From: an uncultured delta proteobacterium
Lineage (GTDB): Bacteria; Myxococcota_A; UBA9160; SZUA-336
Reading direction: 5' to 3'
Length of the DNA stretch: 64,000 bases
NCBI GenBank assembly: GCA_963704165.1
Contig: CAVPHD010000001.1
Span: forward strand, 352,001-416,000
Shown: positions 9,706 to 18,724 of the stretch, one piece after another
How positions within the stretch are numbered: the first letter of the stretch is position 1
Layout: each line of letters starts with the position of its first letter
Notes under the pieces: generated by a model
The model's database searches: none
What the model was told of the DNA's origin: nothing
What the model saw: only the letters and a program-made list of their open reading frames with translations
Made by a program: the position numbers and the translations under genes

Positions 9706-11337
9706 GTGATTCCGCCGGGTCTCCATCCACGAGAGCAACCCCGCCCGACGTCGTCGGTGGCGGAGCGTCGCGTGTACGACGCGCTCCGCGGCGGGCTTCC
9801 GGCCGGCTGGTACGCGTGGCACTCGCTTCGCGTGCGCGATCCCGGTGGCTTCGACGGGGAAGGTGACTTCGTCCTCGCGGTCCCCGGGCGCGGGCTGCTC
9901 GTGCTCGAGGTGAAGGGCGGGCAGGTGTCGGTCCGCGACGGGCGTTGGCTGCAGAACGGTCAGGCGATGAAGCAGCCGCCGCGCGATCAGGGGATCTCAT
10001 TCGCGAAGAAGCTGATCGCGCGCCTCCGGGCACGAGACTGCGCGCCGCATGCGTGGGGCGTCGCGGTCTGCTTTCCCGACGTCGGAACCGAGCGCGGTCC
10101 GACGCAGGGCGACCTGAATGGCGTCGTGCTCGGCGCGCAGGACCTCGGCTGGATCGGTGAGGCGCTCCCGGCGCTGGTCGAGCGCGCGTTGCCCGCGCCG
10201 CGGGCCGAGCGCGGGCGCTGGATCGAGGCGCTGCACGAGTTCTGGGGCGAGACGTGGGTGCCCAAGCTCTCACTGGCGATGCGCGCGCGCCGCGCGGAGA
10301 GCGACCGCATCGCCCTCGACCAGACCCAGCTCGAGGCGCTCGACGCGCTCGCCGACAACGACCGTGTGCTCGTCGAGGGCGGTGCGGGCACGGGCAAGAC
10401 GCTTCTCGCGATGGAGTGCGCGCGGCGCGCCGCCGCGTCGGGACAGCGCGTGCTGCTCACCTGCTTCACGGCAGCGCTGGCGGAGCACCTTCGCACCCGC
10501 CTCGACGGCACGGGCGTGGACGTACACACGGTGCGGAAGATCGCGAAGGACCTGATCGAGCAGGCCGGGCGACCCACCGGCGACCTCACGCAGCCGGACA
10601 CCTGGGAACAGAATTCCTGGCGGGCGAGCGAGCTGGTGACGGATTCCACCCGCTACGACGTCGTCGTCGTGGACGAGGCGCAGGATCTCGAGCTCGCCGA
10701 CTTCGCGCTGATCGAGAAGCTCGCGCTGGGCGGCCGCCTTTGGCTCTTCCGCGACGCGCGCCAGAGCTTCTGGCCCGAGCGCGACGTGCCGTCGGACCTC
10801 GTGACCACGCGCTACCGGCTGACGCGCGCCTATCGCATGCCCGCGGCGCTCGCCCGGGTCGCCGACTCGTGCCTTCTCGGCGTGGCCGACGGCGACGCGC
10901 TCGGCGCGGCGACCGCGAACTCCGAGCTCGTCGTCACGGCGTGCGCGAGCGAGGGCGCCGCGAACGCCCGGCTCGAGGTCGTGCTCGACGGCCTGCGCGG
11001 TCAGGGACTCGCGCCCGGCGAGATCGCCGTCGTCTCGCTTCGCGGCCAGTCATCGTCCGATTCCGTCGTCCACGCGGCCTCCGCCGGCCGCCACCGCCTC
11101 GCCCGCGCCGACGCGCCCGACGCCGGCGACTTCGTCGTCGCCGACACATTCCTGCGTTTCAAGGGCCTCGAACGCCCCGCGATCGTCATCGTGGACCTCG
11201 ATCAGGTCCTCGAGAAGAGCGACCTCGGCGTGCGGCTGCACATCGCGCTCACCCGCACCCTCGTCACCGCGCAGATCCTCGCATCGCGCCAGGCCCTGCA
11301 GCGCGTCGCGGCGTTGGGGGGTGTGGCGGAAGCGTGA
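9706..11337 (+). CDS. NERD nuclease fused to superfamily 1 helicase
   Basis: NERD motif GEGDFVLAVPGRGLLVLEVKGG, Walker A GGAGTGKT, Walker B VVVDEAQD, UvrD-like C-terminal FKGLERP...ALTR. Confidence 0.88.
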   Translation: MIPPGLHPREQPRPTSSVAERRVYDALRGGLPAGWYAWHSLRVRDPGGFDGEGDFVLAVPGRGLLVLEVKGGQVSVRDGRWLQNGQAMKQPPRDQGISFAKKLIARLRARDCAPHAWGVAVCFPDVGTERGPTQGDLNGVVLGAQDLGWIGEALPALVERALPAPRAERGRWIEALHEFWGETWVPKLSLAMRARRAESDRIALDQTQLEALDALADNDRVLVEGGAGTGKTLLAMECARRAAASGQRVLLTCFTAALAEHLRTRLDGTGVDVHTVRKIAKDLIEQAGRPTGDLTQPDTWEQNSWRASELVTDSTRYDVVVVDEAQDLELADFALIEKLALGGRLWLFRDARQSFWPERDVPSDLVTTRYRLTRAYRMPAALARVADSCLLGVADGDALGAATANSELVVTACASEGAANARLEVVLDGLRGQGLAPGEIAVVSLRGQSSSDSVVHAASAGRHRLARADAPDAGDFVVADTFLRFKGLERPAIVIVDLDQVLEKSDLGVRLHIALTRTLVTAQILASRQALQRVAALGGVAEA

Positions 11338-11388
11338 GCCGTGCAGGCTCGCAAGTCCCCCTCCACCTCGACGCGGTAACCTAAACCC

Positions 11389-12360
11389 ATGGTGCTCCGG
11401 GCGGAGGTCGATCCCTACCTGCGTCAGTGTCGCGACGATTTCGCGGCGGTGACGGCGCGGCGGTATGGGCGGCCGTTCGACCTGGCCGCGATCGAGCGGC
11501 GGGTCAGCGAGCTTCGCACCGGGGCGCGCGGGCTTCGCTACGAGGATCTGCGCTTCTTCCAGGACGAGGAGCACTGGTGGTTCCGGAATTTCTGGGTCTT
11601 CCCGCCCGAGGAACACCTGGCCGCCGAGCTCGCGGAGCGGACCTTCGATTTCTGGAATCTTCCGAAGCGCGAAGAGGCGACGATTCAGGATCTGTACGAA
11701 GTGTTCCGCTCGATCGAGCACGCGTCGATCGTGCTGCGCTTCGTCCGGCCCGACCACTACGGAATCCTGAGTCCGCCGGTCGCGCGAATGCTCGAGATCC
11801 GGCGCGGCGGATCGGCGGTTCGGACGTATCTGCACTACCTGCACGACCTGCGCGAGATCCGCGACCGCGGCGGCTACGGCCTCGACACCGCCGCCGACGT
11901 CGACATGGCGCTCTGGGTGCTTCACGAGCGCTGCTTCGGCACGTTTCGCGATCCCGAGATCGAGCGGTGCTTTCTCGCCGACCCCTTCATGGCCCAGCTT
12001 CGCGCGCGGAACCTGGTGGCGCCGCTCGCGGACCTGACGCTGCCGCAGCTCGCGCAGGCGCTGGCGCCGACGGTGCCCGCGCTCGCCGCGCTGATCGCCT
12101 GCCATCGGCTCGAGATCCAGATCCGCACCGCGGCCGAGAAGCTCGGCCTGCCGATCGCGTTCGCGAACGTCGAGCTGCACAACGTGATCGACGAGCTGAA
12201 GCCGCACTGGGCCGTCGCCGTCGAGCGGGGCCACCTGTGGCGATCCTTCGTCGAGCTCCGCAACGACCTCTTCCACAAGGACGTCCTGCGGGACTCGAAC
12301 CGGATCGATCACCTCGTCGCCGAAGTCGTGCAGCTCGAGCGGGATCTGGATGAGCTCTGA
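11389..12360 (+). CDS. Hypothetical protein: putative helical DNA-glycosylase-like domain plus C-terminal HEPN domain
   Basis: Clean 323-aa ORF. N-half ASIVLRFVRPDHYGILS...YLHDLREI...DVDMALW. C-terminal helical region ALIACHRLE...LRNDLFH, with an RxxxxH motif at 12259-12276. Confidence 0.6.
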   Translation: MVLRAEVDPYLRQCRDDFAAVTARRYGRPFDLAAIERRVSELRTGARGLRYEDLRFFQDEEHWWFRNFWVFPPEEHLAAELAERTFDFWNLPKREEATIQDLYEVFRSIEHASIVLRFVRPDHYGILSPPVARMLEIRRGGSAVRTYLHYLHDLREIRDRGGYGLDTAADVDMALWVLHERCFGTFRDPEIERCFLADPFMAQLRARNLVAPLADLTLPQLAQALAPTVPALAALIACHRLEIQIRTAAEKLGLPIAFANVELHNVIDELKPHWAVAVERGHLWRSFVELRNDLFHKDVLRDSNRIDHLVAEVVQLERDLDEL

Positions 12361-12369
12361 GTCACCCGC

Positions 12370-13455
12370 ATGAGCGCGATCTCGGGCGACATCGTCTCGT
12401 TCGGCGAGAAGATCCTCTCCATTCTCTCCGACGGACAGTTCACGACGACGTACAAGTATGCAGTTCTCCTCGGACTCCTCGATCTGGCGCTCGAAGAAAC
12501 CGAACGAGACGGCGCGCCACCGACCAGTGTCACCACGCGCCAGCTCGCCGAGCGGGTGATCGAGCTGTACTGGCCCCACACGCTGCCGTTCCCGAACTAC
12601 GCCGGAGGCGTGCTGAAGCAGAACAGCTCCGCCGGGGGCGTTGCAACGATCCCTCGCCTGGTCGAGGCGTTCCGCACGGCCGATGCGAGCCGAACGACCG
12701 TGTTCCGAGCGCGCTCGAAGTCGCCGCGAGACTGGATGAAGCTCGTGCGCAAAGTGGAGTGGACGCTCGTCGAGTGGCCGCTTCCTCGAGTCCAAGTGGT
12801 GGGGCGGGAGCATCTGCCCTTTCTGTACTCGATCCACTGGGACACGAGCGTGAAGAAGAGCGAGTTCGACAGCCCCGAGTTCGACAACTCGATCCGATTC
12901 GTTTCGGGGTCGGCCGAGAATCTCGTACGACTCGCGGGCCTGCTCCGACCGCTTCTCCACCGTGAGTGGGCCGCCATGATCTCGCGCTGCAATTCCCTCT
13001 TCGATACCCAGCTCGAGGACTTCCTGTTCCGTCGCGATCGAGCTGCGCTCGGCGTTCTGCGGGCGCCGCTCGTCGATCTGCAGAGCGGACTGTGTTTCTA
13101 CTGCGAGCGCCGACTGAAGGACGAAGGAATCGAGGTCGATCACTTCGTCCCCTGGGCGCGGCACCCGAACGACGCGATCGAGAACCTGGTCGCCGCGCAT
13201 TCGAGCTGTAACGGATCGAAGAGCGACCACCTGGCGGCGAGCGCCCACGTCGAGCGCTGGGTCGCGCGCGGAAACGATTCGGGCCGCGCGCTCGCGCAAA
13301 TCTCGACCGACGTCGTCTGGCCGTCGGATCCTCACGCCTCGATCGGGGCCGCGAGAGGAATCTACCTGCGCCTGCCCGACGACGCTCGGCTCTGGCGGCA
13401 GAGCAAGGAGTTCGAGGTCGCGGAGCGGGGTCGACTCGTGACGGCGTTCGGGTGA
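12370..13455 (+). CDS. HNH endonuclease with N-terminal helical recognition domain
   Basis: CFYC...EVDHFVPW...NLVAAHSSCNGSK. N-terminal TTTYKYAVLLGLLD...IELYW. Confidence 0.9.
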   Translation: MSAISGDIVSFGEKILSILSDGQFTTTYKYAVLLGLLDLALEETERDGAPPTSVTTRQLAERVIELYWPHTLPFPNYAGGVLKQNSSAGGVATIPRLVEAFRTADASRTTVFRARSKSPRDWMKLVRKVEWTLVEWPLPRVQVVGREHLPFLYSIHWDTSVKKSEFDSPEFDNSIRFVSGSAENLVRLAGLLRPLLHREWAAMISRCNSLFDTQLEDFLFRRDRAALGVLRAPLVDLQSGLCFYCERRLKDEGIEVDHFVPWARHPNDAIENLVAAHSSCNGSKSDHLAASAHVERWVARGNDSGRALAQISTDVVWPSDPHASIGAARGIYLRLPDDARLWRQSKEFEVAERGRLVTAFG

Positions 13456-13562
13456 GGGTGGTTCGGGGACGCCGAGACGCGGGCGCGTTTCGAGCCGCTA
13501 CTGGGGGACTGAGCCGAGCTTCCTCAGCGCTTCAGGACGTCCCTTTCGGCCCGCCCTTGCGG

Positions 13563-13616
13563 TCGCTAATAATACTTGGGCTTGAAGTCTTACTAGTGCC
13601 TCCGCCTATTCAGCGA
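13563..13616. promoter_or_regulatory. AT-rich imperfect inverted repeat upstream of the Fic gene (putative promoter/operator)
   Basis: TCGCTAATA at 13563 and TATTCAGCGA ending at 13616 flank one of the few AT-rich patches in the window, about 28 bp before the Fic ATG. Confidence 0.4.
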
Positions 13617-13643
13617 TTCTGAGGCCAGAGGGCGATTCCTCGC

Positions 13644-14807
13644 ATGAAAAGGGGCCTGACGGGTCGGTACGAGACCTCGATTGCGGGCAGCGAAACCGTG
13701 AGCGCGTTCGTTCCGGCGCCCCTTCCGCCCGCGCCCGGGGTCGAGTTCGGGGGTGCTCTACAGAGCGCGCTCGAGCCGGCCCTGCTCTCGCTCGGCCGAT
13801 TGGACGGCGCGGCGAAGCTGCTCCCCGACATTGGCCTTCTCCTCTACGCGTACGTTCGCAAAGAGGCGGTCCTCTCGTCGCAGATCGAGGGAACCCAGTC
13901 GTCGCTCTCCGACCTCCTGCTCTTCGAGCTCGACGAAGCGCCGGGCGTGCCGCTCGACGACGTGGTCGAGGTCTCGAACTACGTCGCCGCGCTCAACCAC
14001 GGTCTGGCGCGGTTACGCGATGGGTTCCCGCTCTCGAATCGCCTGATCCGCGAGATCCACTCCGTGCTGCTGTCTCGCGGCCGCGGAAGCGGAAAGACGC
14101 CGGGTGAATTCCGCCTGTCCCAGAACTGGCTCGGCGGAACGCGGCCCGGGAATGCGGTCTTCGTTCCCCCGCCCGCGCATCGGGTTCCCGACGCGATGTC
14201 CGAGCTCGAGAGATTCCTGAACGACGACGCGCCGGGTCTTCCCGTCCTGGTGCGAGCCGGCCTGGCCCACGTGCAGTTCGAGACGATCCACCCGTTTCTC
14301 GACGGGAACGGCCGCGTCGGGCGGCTCTTGATCACGCTGCTCTTGTGCCAGTCGGGAATCCTCCAGCAACCGCTGCTCTACCTGAGTCTCTTCCTCAAGG
14401 AGCACCGCAGCCGCTACTACGAACTGCTGAACGCGGTGAGGCGCGAGGGCGACTTCGAATCGTGGCTCGTCTTCTTCCTCGACGGTGTACGCCAAACCGC
14501 AGACAGCGCCGTCTCGACCGCCCAGAGACTGAAGGCGCTCTTCGACACCGATCGCGAGCGCATCAAGACACACGGCCGAAGAGCCGACTCCGCACTCCGT
14601 GTTCACGACGCGCTCACCGCGCGGCCGCTCGCGTCGATTCCCGAGCTGACCTCGCGAACCGGCCTCTCGTTTCCCGCAGCCTCGGCCAGCGTCGATCTGC
14701 TCGGCACGCTCGGCATCGTCCGCGAGCTGACCGGAAAGCGCCGCAACCGGATCTTCGTGTACGACGAGTACCTGGCGATACTCAGCGAGGGCGGCGAGCC
14801 GCTCTGA
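13644..14807 (+). CDS. Class II Fic family protein with C-terminal HTH
   Basis: Canonical Fic motif HPFLDGNGRVGR, N-terminal inhibitory motif SSQIEG, C-terminal wHTH-like ELTGKRRNRIFVY. Confidence 0.95.
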   Translation: MKRGLTGRYETSIAGSETVSAFVPAPLPPAPGVEFGGALQSALEPALLSLGRLDGAAKLLPDIGLLLYAYVRKEAVLSSQIEGTQSSLSDLLLFELDEAPGVPLDDVVEVSNYVAALNHGLARLRDGFPLSNRLIREIHSVLLSRGRGSGKTPGEFRLSQNWLGGTRPGNAVFVPPPAHRVPDAMSELERFLNDDAPGLPVLVRAGLAHVQFETIHPFLDGNGRVGRLLITLLLCQSGILQQPLLYLSLFLKEHRSRYYELLNAVRREGDFESWLVFFLDGVRQTADSAVSTAQRLKALFDTDRERIKTHGRRADSALRVHDALTARPLASIPELTSRTGLSFPAASASVDLLGTLGIVRELTGKRRNRIFVYDEYLAILSEGGEPL

Positions 14808-14821
14808 CATAGAATGGCGCG

Positions 14822-17800
14822 ATGTCGAAGCTGGGTCGCGGCCTCTACGAGGTGCTGGTCACGGCGGCACTCGAGGCGCAGCTGGGTGAACTCGGCGAGC
14901 ACCTCGAACCCGAGCAGGAAGCGCTGCGCGCGGCGGAATCTGCCGATCGCATCGCGCTACACCTCGGCCGGATCATCCGGCGCGCGCTCGAGTCAGTGGA
15001 CGACCGGGCGCGGGTCGCGATGAGTATCTCGCTCGCTCGGAAGTTGATCGCGGAGATCGGCAACGCGATCGAGAAGTTCGATGGCGCCGGAGACGCACCG
15101 GTCGAACCGGGGACGTTGCTTCGCGCGGTCCTGTCCCGTCTGCCCGACGGCTCCGCCGAGACGATTCCATCCCCGCTCATTCCGCTGCTCGACACGACGC
15201 TTCTCACCAACGCACCGGGCGAGCCGCGAGTCGGAAGCCAGATCCGGGCGGAGATCGATTCGGCGGACCGGATCGACGTCGTCATGGCGTTCATTCGGCG
15301 CAGCGGAATCGCACCGCTGCTCGATGCGCTGCGAAAGCGGGCGGAGCGTGGAACTCCCCTGCGGGTGCTCACGACGACCTACACGGGCTCGACCGAGGCC
15401 CGCGCGCTCGACGCGCTTCGTGAGATCGGCGCCGAGGTTCGCGTCTCCTACGACACGACCGGCACACGACTTCACGCGAAGGCGTGGCTCTTCCACCGTC
15501 GATCCGGGTTCTCGACCGCGTACATCGGATCATCGAACCTGACGCACTCCGCCCAGGTCAGCGGTCTCGAGTGGAACGTCCGCGTGTCGGGAGCGCGAAA
15601 CCCGGATGTCATCGACAAGGTCGCGGCGGTCTTCGAGAGCTACTGGAACCACGGCGATTTCGTTCCGTACGAACGCGACCAGTTCCTGGAGCAGACGAAT
15701 GCGGAAGCCAGGTCCGGACCGACCCACCGTCTGAGTCCGATCGAGCTGCGCCCGGAACCGTTTCAGGAGCGACTGCTCGAGCAGATCGCGCTATCACGTC
15801 AGCGCGGGCATCACCGAAATCTGCTCGTCTCGGCTACGGGCACCGGCAAGACCGTGATGGCCGCAGTCGACTACGCGCGACTTCGCGCGGTCCTGCCGCG
15901 CACGCGACTGCTCTTCGTCGCGCATCGCGAGGAGATCCTCACACAGAGCCTCGCAACGTTTCGTCATGCGCTCCGCGACGCGGCGTTCGGCGAACTCTGG
16001 GTCGGCGGCCAACGGCCGAAGCGACTTCGAGCACGTATTCGCGTCGATCCAGAGCTTGAACGCTTCCGGACTCGGATCACCTGGAGCCGAATCACTTCGA
16101 CGTGGTGATCGTGGACGAGTTCCACCACGCGGCCGCGAGCGTCATACCGGGCATTGCTCGATCGCGTTGTGCCGGTCGAGCTACTCGGACTGACGGCGAC
16201 CCCGGAGCGAAGCGATGGGCTTCCGCTGCTCCAGTTGGTTCGACAATCGAATTGCCGCCGAGCTTCGGCTCTGGGATGCGATCGACCAGCACCACCTGTC
16301 GCCGTTCGTCTACTACGGAATCCACGACGGCCTCGACCTGCGCGAGATTCCCTGGCGGCGTGGCCGCGGATACGACGTCGACGGCCTCACGAACCTGTTC
16401 ACCGCGAACGACGTGTGGGCGAGACGGGTGATCGCGAGGCTCGCCGAGCACGTGGACGACATCGGACAGATGCGCGCGCTCGGCTTCTGCGTCAGCGTCG
16501 AGCACGCACGATTCATGGCGCAGGTCTTTAGCAAGGCGGGAATCGAAGCGACGGCGATCTGGGCGGACACCCCCGACGAGGAGCGACGCAGCGGCACTCG
16601 ACCGACCTGGCGAGCTCGGCGCGTGAACGTCGTCTTCTCGGTCGATCTCTTCAACGAGGGCATCGACGTGCCGGTCGTCGACACGCTGCTGCTGCTGCGG
16701 CCGACCGACAGCCCGACGCTCTTCCTGCAGCAGCTCGGCCGCGGCCTGCGAAGGACTCACGGAAAGATCCGTCTGCACGGTGCTCGATTTCGTGGGCCAC
16801 CACCGCAAGGAGTTCCGATTCGATCGGCGCTTCGGCGCACTGCTTGGCGGAAGTCGAAAGGAGATGGCCGAGCAGATCGCATCGGGCTTTCCGTTCCTGC
16901 CCGCTGGCTGCCACATGGAGCTCGATCCGGTCGCCGCGGAGATCGTCCTTCGGAGCATCAAGAACGCCGTACCATCCCAATGGACCGCCAAGGTCGAAGA
17001 GCTGCGAAGGATCTCCGACAGCGGAAGGGATGTGAATCTCGCGGGCTACCTCGAGGAAGCAGACCTCGATCTCGAAGACGTCTACACCGGCACACACAGC
17101 TGGTCCGACCTTCGCGCCGACGCGGGACTCCCGGTTCGCGAATCGGGACCGTCCGAAGAACCGCTTCGCCGGGCGATCGGACGCCTGCTCCACGTCGACG
17201 ATGGGCCGAGGATTTCCGCGTATCAGAGGTTGATCGCCCCCGACATCCCTCCGAATCTCGCAACGCTCTCGGAGCGTGACCGGCGCCTGCTTCGGATGCT
17301 TCTGGCATCGGTGCTCGGCAAGACAGCGACCTCTGCAACCAGACTCGAGGAAGGCTCCACGCTGCTCTGGAAGCACCCGCAGGTGCGCGCCGAGCTGCGC
17401 GACCTACTCGACGTGTTGGCGACTCGCGTCGAGCACGTCGTCCAGCCGCTCTCCACTCACTCCGAAGTTCCTCTGCAGGTCCACGCCCGCTACACGCGGC
17501 TCGAGATTCTCGCGGCATTCGGAATCGGGGACGGCGCTTCGATCCCACCGTGGCAGTCGGGCGCGTACTGGGCCGAGGACGCTCGCGCCGACCTGTTCGC
17601 ATTCACCCTCGACAAGACGAGTGGTCAATTCTCACCGACGACGCGCTATCGCGACTACGCCGTCAGTCGCGAACTGATCCACTGGGAGAGCCAGTCGACG
17701 ACGCGCGCCACGAGCCCCACCGGCCTGCGATATCAGACGCACGCAGCCGGTGGATCGAGCGTGATGCTCTTCGCTCGCCTTCGGACGAACGATCGCGCCT

Positions 17801-17925
17801 TCTGGTTCCTCGGACCGGCGACCTACGTCCGTCACGAAGGCGAGCTGCCGATGGCCGTCGTCTGGCGGCTCGAACATCCGCTGCCAGGCGATCTGTACGC
17901 GGAGTTCGCGGCGGCTGTCGCGTAG
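14822..17925 (+). CDS. PLD nuclease-SF2 helicase-DUF3427 protein (SauUSI-like type IV restriction architecture), several frameshifts 16020-16780
   Basis: PLD motif HAKAWLF...GSSNLT. Helicase motifs ATGTGKT, DEFHH, TATP, NEGIDVP and QQLGRGLR fall in successive frames. C-terminal YRDYAVSRELIHWESQS...FLGPATY is DUF3427-like. Confidence 0.85.
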
Positions 17926-17974
17926 CGCCTGCAGCATCCCCCGCTTGGCCCGGACCTTGCGGGCGGAGCCGGGC

Positions 17975-18721
17975 ATGCGACGAGAGCTCGACGGGGAGCT
18001 GCGGAAGATCGGCGGCTCGGGCCTTCCGGTCCGCGCGGAGGCGCTGACGATGACGTACGGCGACGTGGAGCCGCGCGTCCGCGCGTTGCGCGCGCTCGAT
18101 CTGGCCGTTCCTGGTGGCCAGTTCTTGGTGGTGCGCGGCCGGAGCGGATCGGGCAAGTCGACGCTCTTCCACCTGCTCGCGGGGATGAAGAAGCCGACGT
18201 CGGGTCACGTCGTGGTCGGCGACGTCGAGGTCGACCGACTCAGCGAGGCCGAGGCCGCGCGCTTTCGCCGTCATCACATCGGGCTCGTGTACCAGTTCTT
18301 CAATCTGGTCCCGATGCTCGACGTGATCGAGAACATCGCGCTTCCGCTCCTGCTCGACGGGCGGCGGCTCACCGACGCGCTGCCGCGGGTCCATGCGCTC
18401 CTCGAGCGACTCGGGATCGCCGACCGCGCGGATCACGAGGTGAGCAAGCTCTCGGGCGGCGAGATGCAGCGCGTCGCGATCGCGCGCGCGCTCGCGGGTG
18501 ACCCGGGCCTGGTTCTCGCCGACGAGCCGACGGGAAATCTCGACGATCGCAACGCCGGCGAGGTGCTCGACCTGCTGACCAGCCTGTGCCGCGAGAACGG
18601 CATCACGGTCGTGATGATGACCCACGACGCGAGCGCGACCGAGCGCGCCGACCGCGTCGTGACGCTCCGCGACGGCGAGATCGAGCAGGATCTCTTGATC
18701 CGACCCGGGCGCGGGGCGTAG
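17975..18721 (+). CDS. ABC transporter ATP-binding protein (LolD/MacB-type)
   Basis: GRSGSGKST, VYQFFNL, LSGGEMQRVAIARAL and ADEPTGNLD. Confidence 0.95.
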   Translation: MRRELDGELRKIGGSGLPVRAEALTMTYGDVEPRVRALRALDLAVPGGQFLVVRGRSGSGKSTLFHLLAGMKKPTSGHVVVGDVEVDRLSEAEAARFRRHHIGLVYQFFNLVPMLDVIENIALPLLLDGRRLTDALPRVHALLERLGIADRADHEVSKLSGGEMQRVAIARALAGDPGLVLADEPTGNLDDRNAGEVLDLLTSLCRENGITVVMMTHDASATERADRVVTLRDGEIEQDLLIRPGRGA

Positions 18722-18724
18722 GCC

